Shown in pieces: positions 36,560 through 47,900 of a stretch of 64,000 nt of DNA; position 1 is the stretch's first letter, and each line of letters opens with the position of its first letter. Origin of the DNA: Anthoceros angustus (taxonomy: Eukaryota; Plantae; Anthocerotophyta); NCBI GenBank assembly GCA_010909165.1, contig MU008198.1, forward strand, positions 1 through 64,000. Reading direction: 5' to 3'. The notes below the pieces were generated by a model. The model did no database searches. It saw only the letters and a program-made list of their open reading frames with translations, and was not told where the DNA came from. Position numbers and translations under genes: made by a program.

Positions 36560-37260
36560 TGAAGCTAGGCAAACCCAAGACTGAGAGCAAATGGCTGGCA
36601 TGATTTTAGACTTATAGTTGCGGGTTTGCAACAAGCCAATGGCAACGTAACACATGATTTAAAGGAAGTGCAAGACACCAACGGCTAGTTCAAGCATGAT
36701 TTGAAGAAAGTGCGAGACACTTTTGCTGCTCACACTACCAAGAAAGATTCAAGGGTTCTGTGGTCAGTTGTGAGGAGAAGTGTGATGGATGCCTATGATA
36801 TGAAATCGGAGACTCTCTTGAGCTATATTGAACATGATCCAAAGTGGTCACATAGGCAAGGAAGGAAAAATGCCTACTTAAGCAATGGTCAAAAGTTCAA
36901 CGTGAGCATTCGTCAAGTAGAACGAATGAAAGATATGAAGGATATTGCGGACAACATCTCCATTGGCAGAATTCATAGCACGACTCCTAGTGAGCTGGTG
37001 AAGGCGTTGGACCCAAATTGGCTTCACGGTGACGATGGGGAACATTTCTTTCGAGAGATGATTCGGTGTAAACCAGCAAAGGCTTCCTTTGAAGCGAACT
37101 AGCCTCTACCAATTGTTCAACGTGTGATCACGTTACAGATGGGAGATGGGAGCCTGGGGAACATGTGTGCAAAGTGTGGTAAGCTAGAGTCTGCTCTGCA
37201 TGTGATCTCATGAAATATGCCATTGGCTATGCACCTGTATACACCCAACTGATATTCCTG
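36560..37260 (+). mobile_element. Probable LINE (L1-like) 3' remnant with zf-RVT-like zinc finger
   Basis: ORF 36701-37102 continues past a stop into ...LPIVQRV...MCAKCGKLESALHVI, resembling CxxCG..ES..H. It is decayed and flanked by repeats. Confidence 0.45.
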
Positions 37261-37937
37261 TGTCTTGTCCAGTCATTTGTTGGGTGGGGGAATTCAAAGT
37301 GTACACTTTAGGGATGAACCAGCAATGAAGTATGTAGGAAGAGTTCGTTTACACGGCTAAGATTCGCCAGGTATCTCTTGGCTCCCACCTTAGCTGCATC
37401 GTTCTTTGTTCGCTCCATTCGAGACTTAAACGTCATCTCATCCATGCCCACCTCCCACTTTAATTTCGTTTTAACAAGGGGCCTGTTGATTGGCCGTTGG
37501 TTGTGTGCAGAAGCAAGTGATTGGTCGACCTTGTAAGCGTGACATGGCACGCCCCGTCAGCATCACGGTCGATGTATTAGGTACTCGGGAATTGGCACTG
37601 AGCTGGGGTGTTTCCGTGCAAGAGTATCGATCGCTATTCGGATTCAACTTCAGAAGATCTGGGGCAGATTATGACGTAAGTGCAGTCTCCCGAACGCTAA
37701 TTTCCAGCTGGAAGCTCGCTCCTGCGTGCGTCGCATTGGTTTGCGAAGTCGGATTCCTGCACCTGCCTGTTTCTTGGTACGTACGAGGTGCTTGCTACCT
37801 ATATAATGTATGTTATGTGGCCTTTGCTAAATATTTGTCTCTAATGCCGCCCTCTGTTGTATGCAAAGGAGTCCGGTGGTAACTTGTCGACAGCAAGGGA
37901 AAGAATTGGGGGAGGAAGTTCCCTTTGACATCAGCCG

Positions 37938-40154
37938 ATGGCGTCTCGAACGGGTTTCACCTGCCTCAATGCTGTGGTGCTGCTGCTCGCGATCTTGCAT
38001 GGAAGTAGTATAGCGGCGGCGCTCTACGGACCGTCCTCTGATGTTGTCAGTCTTAGCCCATCCAACTTCAAATCCAAGGTTTGCTCTTTCGACCTTGAAC
38101 GCCTATCTGGCCAATTGTTCTGCAAATCTCACCTCTGGCGAAGGAAAGAATGATTTTTGTGTGACTGGAGTGGTACTTTTCTCGCCTGTGATCTTCAGGT
38201 GGTTCAGTCGGACGGGATCACGTTCGTGGAGTTTTTTGCCCCCTGGTGTGGGCACTGTAAGGCTTTGGCACCGGCTTGGGAGAAAGCTGCTACAGCTTTG
38301 AAAGGGTTGGTAACTGTCGCTGCTCTCGACGCAGATGCACATCAGTCGTTGGCTCAGGCAATTTCTCATGTCCACCTTGGTTCTTCTTAGCTGAAAAGCT
38401 TGTTATGAACCTTGAGGAGTTGTTTGTGTTGGGTTCTGTCATCTGAGCTTTGAGACTCATGCAGGAATATGGTATCAAGGGATTTCCCACTATTAAGGTT
38501 TTTGGGGTGGGAAAATCCCCAATTGACTATCAAGGGGCTCGAGATGAAAAGAGCATCGTGGACTTCGCTATCCAGCAGGTAACTCGTGCTGCAGCCGCCA
38601 GGCGTACTGCCTTGCTGCAAAACAAGGAGCATCATGTATCCTCTCGGTAATGTCTGGCTCTGAAAATTCTTCTGTCTTGACAGGTGAAGGCCGTGGCGCA
38701 GAGCAGACTTGGTGGCAAGTCGTCCAAAAAGGGTGGAGGCAGCAGTGCTTCAGTTGTCTTGACGGAGAGCAATTTCGATGAGCTAGTACTGGAGAGTAAT
38801 GACCTGTGGCTTGTGGAGTTCTATGCCCCATGGTAATCCAACCTGCCTGCCTCCTCCCCATTCTTGCTCGTATACTCTAGGGTTCCCTTACAGACAAATC
38901 TCGCACTGTGTTGACCAGGTGCGGCCACTGTAAGAAACTGGCACCTGAATGGAAGGCTGCTGCCAAGAGTTTGAAGGGCAAGGTCAAGTTAGGAGAGGTT
39001 GACGGTGATGCTGAGAAGGTAATTGCCCCGCATTATCTCTTGCATATGCCTGGTCTGTGTACTCCTGTTGTTGGTGGTGAGCTCACGTGGACGGAAAGCT
39101 TACTGTTTCTCTCTGGCTATACTTATGGTCTCATGCCTATTGCAGGGACTTCTGAGTAGGTATAGCATTGCCGGATTCCCCACAATTTTGGTATTCGGGG
39201 CTGACAAGCAAAACCCAACAACTTATGAGGGTGGGAGAGTGGCGTCTGCGATTGAGTCATATGCACTTGAGCTGCTTCAAAATGTTGCAGTAGCCCCTGA
39301 GGTGGCGGAGCTTACTGCCCCGGTGAGTCCTTCTCTAAAAAGTTCGTGCTTCTTGCGCACATTGATTGATGCTGTGCTGCTTAGGTTCTGTTACGTTGAT
39401 GCAGTAGAAATCATTACACAATCAACACCTGGCCATTTACTTCGAGGCAGGCCTGGAGTCTTGAATGTCCTGCCACTCATCTTCCACTTCTCCCTGCAGG
39501 AGGTCTTGGAGAAGAGCTGTGGCTCCGCAGCCATCTGTTTTGTTACGTTCGTGCCTGACATATTGGACACGAAGGCGGAGGGCCGCAACAAGTATCTTGA
39601 CGTCCTACGAACTGTCGCTGAAAAGTTCAAGAAAAATGCCTACGGGTGAGATAAAAGCATGCCACTGCCTTGATGAATTGCTGGAAGATCATCTTGTGCA
39701 GTACACTGACTTAGCGCCTGTGTTTTGAAACTGCAGTTACTTGTGGGCAGCAGCCGGAAAGCAACCTGCCCTCGAAAAGGCGTTAGGTGTTGGAGGCTAT
39801 GGCTATCCCGCCTTGGTGGCTTACAACGTGAAGAAACGTGTCTATGCTCCTCTGCGGAGTGCCTTTGAGCTAGACGCTGTTGTGTAAGTTGCATGCCCTT
39901 TCATTTTGCTGTGTGGGAAACGCAACGTTGATCATGTCCCGTGATCAGCTAACGCTTCTGAGTGGCTTTCCAGAAAATTCGTCTTCGAAGCTGGACGTGG
40001 AGGCAAGAGCATTGTGCCAGTGGAAGCTGACCCGGAAATTGTTACAACCGAGGCCTGGGACGGTCTGGATGGGGAATTGTTGGAAGAGGACGAGTTCTCG
40101 CTTGATGAGTTGATGGGAGACGATAACTACCCCGACGGCAAGGATGAGTTGTGA
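37938..40154 (+). CDS. PDIL2-3: Protein disulfide isomerase-like 2-2/2-3 (PDIA6/P5 type)
   Basis: Signal peptide, [10 protein letters not shown], two APWCGHCK active sites, a b domain ([25 protein letters not shown]) and C-terminal KDEL*. Confidence 0.93.
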
Positions 40155-40600
40155 ATGGTTCGAACAAGGATGAGAGACGCCCAACTTATGCACGGCACAT
40201 TAGTTTTGCAGCATCTGGATGCGGAACCCAGATGTCGAGATCGGTTTTCGTTCGAACAGGCGCAGATACATACGTGGGATGTCAGGCATAGACACATTGC
40301 CCGATTTATGAAGTCGAAATTACGCCAAGGAAATAGACACATTGCCCACGTCCTATAAACTACAGGAGCTCCGAATCCGATTTAGAATGTGAAACCATTC
40401 ATTTGTAGCTATGGTGCCTATCGCGACACCAAGTCTTCAGGAAATGTGACGTCCTCAGGAAATGTGGAGGAGCGATAGTCCGCAAACTGGGTGGCCTCGG
40501 AGCTTGAAACCCTGAATAGGTGCATGCCAGCAAAGCGTGTTGTGGTGGTGACCAGGAATCAAGGTGGACGCTGCCGCCGTGTGCTCGGCTTCAACCAGCC

Positions 40601-41167
40601 ATGTCTTGGCGAGCGCAAGTCTCCCGCACGGTTCGAGAGCTTCGCATCCATCTCTGTCAAACCTCCGACTCCAGCAATGCGACTCGGTATTCCATCGTGC
40701 CAGATTCACTTCCGTTTTTGTCACACTTTGTGCATGCGTGGTGTTTGCCTGCCCTCACCGGACGCAGTCAGAAAGCTATGATCCTCCTCACCCTCAAGGC
40801 CGGTACCGCACCTTCTTGCAGAGACTTCATACTGCGGAACTACCAAGACTTGAAGCTTCTCAATCCAAGGCTGCCGATACTCATACGGGAATGCTCTGGT
40901 ATCGAGCCACGCCTGTGGGCCCGATTTGGTGCGTTGTTTGTGCCTCATTGCTTTCTCTGGGAATCTGTGGCTTGATATCAGCTTGTCGGGGAATGAATAA
41001 TTGGCCGCAACCCTGTGGGTGCAGATCGTGGAGTTGAGCTTAGTGTCCCTCTCCAAGGTTTGGATGTTCATGAAATCGAAGGCAAGTTAGAAGCGCTATC
41101 TAAAGGTGGAAGTGATCAGGTTGATGTGGAATCACCAGCTCAGGAACAGCAAGCCCTGGCTGCCTAG
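40601..41167 (+). CDS. NDUFA2: Mitochondrial complex I subunit B8, 3 exons
   Basis: MSWRAQVSRTVRELRIHLCQTSDSSNATR|DFILRNYQDLKLLNPRLPILIRECSGIEPRLWARF|DRGVE...KLEALSK. Confidence 0.93.
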
Positions 41168-41539
41168 ATTGCAGGTATACCCCTGAGCAGCAGGAGCTGA
41201 AAGTCCCTTCCCGTGGAGGAAAATTTGAAATGATGTCCCTGAAGGCAGCAAAATGATGTGATTAACTCTTTGCAGCTCACGAAGCCTGGCAGAGTTGAAG
41301 ATCATCTTCACGGCATAACCCAGAAATCCTGGCGGGGAGGATCGAGAATAGGCTTTTCAGGCGGGCCTGTGTTTTAACGGCTGCTGTTAATATTCTGTAC
41401 TGATTGTCATGTCGTCTATAGAAAGTGTTTCAAAGCACGAGAGCATTTCTTTTGCTGTTCTGAGGACTGGGAACACCTGTTGCACGTTGAGCTGGAGATT
41501 TCAAGTGTTTGGAAGTTTTTACTGCGGTTCAGGCTCATT

Positions 41540-43453
41540 GCGGTGGATCTTCAAGAGCCACTTCGAAACTACGTCTCTCCGAACCCCTCTTTCTGTGACA
41601 GTGCTTGCGTGCAGGGAAAGCAGTCCAGGGAAGCATGAAATGCACATGCGCAAGCACAAGCAGGATGCCGTGTGATGGCAGTACCTCCCACGACAACTTG
41701 GAGTTAATCGTAGGCAATCCCGGGGCAAGCTCGCAGGGAGGCAAATGCTTCGAAACAGCAGAAATCATGTGAAACGAAGCAGTGCAGCAGTTCAGTTCAC
41801 AGTTCACGGGGGACGAATCCGCATCACGCGTCCTGGCCGGTAAAATGTAGAGCTGCAGTTCTTGGAACGGTCCGAGCATTTTGCCCGGCAAGAAAGGTCC
41901 AGGTTATCGCGGAGAAGCACGGAAAGCATGGCCGCATCGTTTCTTTGGCTAGGTTTAGCCGGCCCACGTACATACAAACATACACCGCACCACCGCACAG
42001 GCAGGCTGTGTAGAGTGTAGACAGTTGATGAGGAATCGGGCGATGGCGCGATGGCGCGATGGCGCGATGGCGCGATGGCGCGATGGCGCGATGCAGCGAT
42101 GCAGCAGCTGTCAGGATCATCGACCCCTGCACACTCAGCGGCAGTGTCCGTCCTCGACCATGATCCTTTCTCCAATCTCACTGCCACGGCACTGTGCCAC
42201 ACAACAACCTTCTCGATCACCTGGCCTGGCCCGGCAAGGTCCGGCGTGACCGATTCCGATTAGGGCGGAGCAGCGCAGTTACCGAGGTCAAGCATGTATT
42301 GTACGAGGGTAGAATACCTGGCGGAGATGATAGAGGTGTGGTGCGACGAGGAAGCCAATGGCGCGCCAGCTAGTAGCCGCGAAGGATGGCCCGATCGGGG
42401 CAGGCGGCAGGCGGCAGGCGGCAGGCCAGGCTGCAAAAGAGAAAACTAGTGCAGGCACTGGATGCATTGCAGGCCTCCGAATGTTATGGTAAAAAGCGGT
42501 GGATCTTCAAGAGCCACTTCGAAACTACGTCTCTCCGAACCCCTCTTTCTGTGACAGTGCTTGCGTGCAGGAAAGCAGTCCAGGAAGCATGAAATGCACA
42601 TGCGCAAGCACAAGCAGGATGCCGTGTGATGGCAGTACCTCCCACGACAACTTGGAGTTAATCGTAGGCAATCCGGGGCAAGCTCGCAGGGAGGCAAATG
42701 CTTCGAAACAGCAGAAATCATGTGAAACGAAGCAGTGCAGCAGTTCAGTTCACAGTTCACGGGGACGAATCCGCATCACGCGTCCTGGCCGGTAAAATGT
42801 AGAGCTGCAGTTCTTGGAACGGTCCGAGCATTTTGCCCGGCAAGAAAGGTCCAGGTTATCGCGGAGAAGCACGGAAAGCATGGCCGCATCGTTTCTTTGG
42901 CTAGGTTTAGCCGGCCCACGTACATACAAACATACACCGCACCACCGCACAGGCAGGCTGTGTAGAGTGTAGACAGTTGATGAGGAATCGGGCGATGGCG
43001 CGATGGCGCGATGGCGCGATGGCGCGATGGCGCGATGGCGCGATGCAGCGATGCAGCAGCTGTCAAGGATCATCGACCCCTGCACACTCAGCGGCAGTGT
43101 CCGTCCTCGGGACCATGATCCTTTCTCCAATCTCACTGCCACGGCACTGTGCCACACAACAACCTTCTCGATCACCTGGCCTGGCCCGGCAAGGTCCGGC
43201 GTGACCGATTCCGATTAGGGCGGAGCAGCGCAGTTACCGAGGTCAAGCATGTATTGTACGAGGGTAGAATACCTGGCGGAGATGATAGAGGTGTGGTGCG
43301 ACGAGGAAGCCAATGGCGCGCCAGCTAGTAGCCGCGAAGGATGGCCCGATCGGGGCAGGCGGCAGGCGGCAGGCGGCAGGCCAGGCTGCAAAAAGAGAAA
43401 ACTAGTGCAGGCACTGGATGCATTGCAGGCTCTCCGAATGTTATGGTAAAAAA
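41540..43453. repeat. Near-perfect ~956 bp tandem duplication (41540-42495 / 42496-43453), each copy with (GATGGCGC)6
   Basis: Both copies begin GCGGTGGATCTTCAAGAGCC. Differences are mostly 1-2 nt indels. Confidence 0.97.
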
Positions 43454-43910
43454 GCGGGGTGGATCGGATGCATGGAAATGGCGTCTCTGTCATCATCAGA
43501 TGCAGCGTCGAGCGGGGAGTCGAGTTGATCCTGATGAGTCCTGGCCTGCTTGCGCTCTCCACACATGCGCGTGCGGACCGCGGTGTGGAGGCATCAAAGC
43601 TCCCAGGCTCCCAGGACGCTCCAACCGTCAATCGTGGCAGGGCACGATAAACGCCGTGATAAAGCGTTGCACGGTGGCGGGGGGAGAGGGAGGAGGGGGA
43701 CTGTTGTGTGATGTAACGGGACACATGCAGGCTGGTGTCCGGGCCGGGAGTAGGCCCCTCGCTGACACCTCCCTCCTGTAGACGCGCGCAGGCAGCCACA
43801 GAGCCTGTTGCCGCTGCCAACAGGCCAACAGGTGAAGGTGGGGGGAATGCAATGCAGGTGTGGGGTCCCCATGCCATGCTTCCCGTTGGCCCTTTCGGCG
43901 GTGCGGCATT

Positions 43911-43918
<8 letters not shown>

Positions 43919-43955
<37 letters not shown>

Positions 43956-43964
43956 TCACACACA
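43919..43964. repeat. (CA)n microsatellite
   Basis: Run of CACACA. Confidence 0.95.
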
Positions 43965-44971
43965 TAACCGAGAGCACGCCAGAGAAGCAAAGCGAAAAAT
44001 GGAATCCTTCTGCATTGCTACTACAGGCGAAGCGGGAATCCGGATCAATTTCTACACACGAGAAGACTAGATGGGAGGGCTGGCAGGGGAGGGTGGAGGG
44101 AAATGGGAATGTAACGTGTAAGTAGGGAGTTATACTGAAGTTTGACCAGGTAGGTTGGTACTAACAGAGCTCTTGGCCCTTGGCCGAAGAACAAAAAAGC
44201 AGAAAACGGAAGAAAATGTGAACACAGGACACTGGTAGCCGAAACTGGTAGCTAGTAGGTACTAGGATTGGGTGAGTCGGAGAGGAACGGGACAGCGACG
44301 AGATTACGCACACTACATAGGCCACTTCCATACCGGGCTCGACTCCCCTCACTCAACCACTGAATCTCGATTCCCGCCTGCCATACTCGCACGCCATGGC
44401 ATTAGAAATAGAAATAGAAATTACAGTGGCTATAGGTGCTTGCGGCGTGAGCATCAATCTGAGTTTGAGTTTGGTTGTTCTGAGTTGGTTGTTGGATTGT
44501 AATTTGCATCGGCCGGGCGAGTGCGGGTGCGTGAGGGTGAGGGTGAGTGTATGCAGTGAAGTCTGCAGTCTAGTCTGGGCCATGACCTGCACTTCCGCTT
44601 CTTCTTTGTCAATTTCATGCCAGCATATCGGCCCCGGCCCTGTGCTGTCCCGTCCCAGCTCTGCCTCTCTGCCTCGGTATCCCAGGCCCCAGCTGCTACA
44701 TGTGCCCATCGCTGCTGTGACAATTTCATGCCAGCCCATCGTCCCTGTGCCCATCCCCTTGCTGCTCCTGCTCCCCGTGGGAGCAGGACTGCTCCTGCTC
44801 CTGCCCCTGCTCAGCCTAAGCTGGTGGTGCCCATCGCCTGCTGCTGCCCCGGCCTGCCGTGCCACGGGGAGGAAGGAGGACTAGATCCCTCATCCTCATC
44901 CTCATCCTCCTCATCCTGATCCCGCGCGACCCTCGTGTTGGTGGGTCTCGGATTGCTGGTCTTGGAGTGGG

Positions 44972-47900
44972 ATGGAGTCGGAGGACGCGGGAGGCGATGG
45001 GGGGGGACGCATGTCCCCCGACGACAGAAAGGACGTGAAGCGAAGGATGAAGTCCAAGGAACAATTGGAAGCCCTGGAGAAAGCTTACAATGGTTTGTTG
45101 CCAATTCCGTCTCGTTCGGTTCAGAGCATGGCATGCCCGAGGTGGGTGGTGCCGGAGTGGGGTGGTTACGCCTCTAACGTGCTATATATGTGTGCAGAGC
45201 AGAAGTATCCGCTTGAATCTACGCGGGCGGAGCTGTCAGCTACGCTCAAACTCACGGACAAGCAGCTGCAGGTCTGGTTCTCGCATCGGAGATTGAAAGA
45301 CAGGAAGGGCGAAGACAACCCTTCTGCTGCCCCCAAGAAGGCAAAGAAGGATAAGGAAAAGGAAAAGCCTGCGACCGAGAAGGGCAAGGTTGCGCCGGCC
45401 GACCACGTCCAGGAGCAGGGGCCTCAGCAGCAGCCGTCCCAGCCCAAGCCGCAGCAGCAGCAGGAGGAGGACTGCCTTGTTATGAGCTTGCAGCCGTCGC
45501 AGGCGCAGCCTCAGCAGCAGCAGCCAGCGCTTGTTGGCCCTCCGCCGGACCAATCCGGGGCTGAAGCCAAGCATGCCATGGAGGATTCGGAGTGGGAAGC
45601 TGCCCCGCCCGCATCCAAGGCCAGGAGGAAGAACAACGACTCTGCTGCTGCACCCAAGAGGAAGCCTCCTGCCAAGGGCAGGCGGACAGCTGCAGAGTTG
45701 GCTGCCTTGAAGGCCTTCGAGGCTCAGATGGTGGAGCCCCTGCGAGAGGATGGGCCTCCCCTGGGTTTCGAGTTCGATCCTATCCCGCCCATCGGCTTTG
45801 CCGGTCACCCCGTAGGTGTGTTTGCTTGCCCTCCCAACCTCCGCACCTGCTCAATTACGCTTCTCCGCCTTGCTCTGCCATGGATGCTAGGCTTGTTTTG
45901 CTCACGATTCTTTGCATCTGTCTTACCAGAGCGCGATCTTCCTCTTGACCCTCCTGAGGAACCGGAGGATGTGCCCAAAGTGGCAGTGCGGCGTGGACTA
46001 ACTGCGAGAAAAGTAAAGGTTCTTCCTCTCTATCCCATTTCTGTGCTTGCACATCTCTCTTTGCCCTTCAGTCTGCGTTGTGTATCACTGCCCTGCTCTG
46101 CCATGCCCTGCCCTGCCTTGCTCTTGTTTAACTAACTGTCCGTGTTTTTAGCACTCAATCCTCCGTGTCATCATCTTTTTCCATGGCCCAGGCTGCTGCG
46201 CGAAATCGCCCACCCTTGCCCACAACCACTGGAGTCAAGCGCAAAGCTGGTGGCAAGGCTGCTTCAACTTCCACTGCGCTGCCGCATGCAACTCGACCAC
46301 TTCGTGAATATCAGTTCATCCCTGAGCAGCCAACTGGAAGACCGGAAGAGCAGAACTTTTATGATAAGGCAACAGAGTTGAATCTGTACCCAAATGCTGA
46401 GAGGCCGTTTGATGTGGTTTCAGCTTCTAGGGTTCGTTCTCTTACTCAACCAGCACCTATATTCCCTTCCAATGAAGCGTATACAGCAGGGGAGGGGTAT
46501 TACCAGGCCAGAGTTGCATCAGTCGGGGCTAGTATGTTCCCTACAGCTGAAGCTGGGGCTGGTGGGTTGATTGCTCCAAATGACCTGAACTTTGAGGGAG
46601 GGCAGCGTATGGAAGGTCTTCCTAGTTATGATGTCGATCCATCCCAAGCTCTATTCCACCTGGCTTCCAGACATGATAATCATGCCAGACATGAAAGTCT
46701 TAATCTCTACCAAGAACAGGATCGGGCTCGACTGGAGAAAAAGCGCAAGGTATGTATGGTGACCGTGGGACATTCTTGGGTTGCGACTGTGATCGGTATC
46801 AGGATTGGGACTCCTGTGTAGTAAGTAGCCTCGTACTCCGTTTTCTCAACCCCCTCCCCCTCCCACCAAAACCCTGGTGTGCCCGAATGTGTGGATAGCT
46901 TGCTGTCTCCTGTATTGTGGCCGCTTTTTTTTTCAATTTTAGATATCTGTTTGCCCCGTTTTGCAGATGGAAGAGGCTAAGCTTCACAAGGAGATGGAAG
47001 CTCAAGAGAAAAGAATGAAGAAGGAGCAAGACAAGCAGGAGATTGCAAGGCGCAAGGTGAGTACAACATTCGCCAACACAATCTCGCCTGTAGCCATCAC
47101 ATGGTTAGACCGCCTTTTGACATGTGGTCTCGGAATGAAGGAAGAGGAGCAGCGAAAGAAAGATGCTGAGAAGCAAATGAGAGAGAAGAAAAAGGAGCAG
47201 GAAAAGATGCAGAAGGAGCAGGAGCGTAAGATGCGTGAAGCACAGCGCGAGGAAGAACGGATCAAAAAGCTGCAAGAGAAGGAGTCCAAAAGGGTAAGTG
47301 TGTCTTAGGGGTTGAAGTGTCATTGTAGTTGAGTTTGTCCAGTAGTATTCACATGTGCTTCCCCCCTTTGCCCAGTTGGAGAAGCTGCGGCAAAAGGAGG
47401 AGTTGCGCCAGCAGAAAGAAGCTGCAAAAGTCAAGGCTGCGAGCGAGAGGGCAACAGCCAAGAAACTGGCTAAGGAAAACGCTGAAACTATTGATGATGA
47501 GCGCCTGGAGCTGATGGAGCTGGCTGTTTCTGCACAAGGCCTGTCATCCATCGCTCAACTACCTGCAGACACTGGGGCGGATGTTCTGGATGAATATAAA
47601 AGTATGTATTTGGTTCTTGAGACATGGGTTGTGAGGTCTTGAAAGTATTGCATGTGGTTGCTGATGTTGGCTTTCTGGTGCAGCTTTGTTGAAGCCATTC
47701 CCACCTCCCTCTGTGAAGATGAAACAAACTGTGTTGGTTCGTCCCTGGACTGATAATGAGGAAAACATCGGCAATGCTCTAATGGTGGGTATTGTGCTGT
47801 CCTTTTGAGGGTGTGGCATGTCTGTTGCGTATCAGGATGACAAGACTATGCTCTTGTTCTGGCCAGGTTTTCAGGTTTTTAACATCTTTTGCGGACGTCC

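Noticed and set aside
43215-44919. Long low-complexity ORFs upstream of RINGLET
   Set aside because: They derive from microsatellites and GC-rich promoter/UTR sequence and have no protein-like composition.
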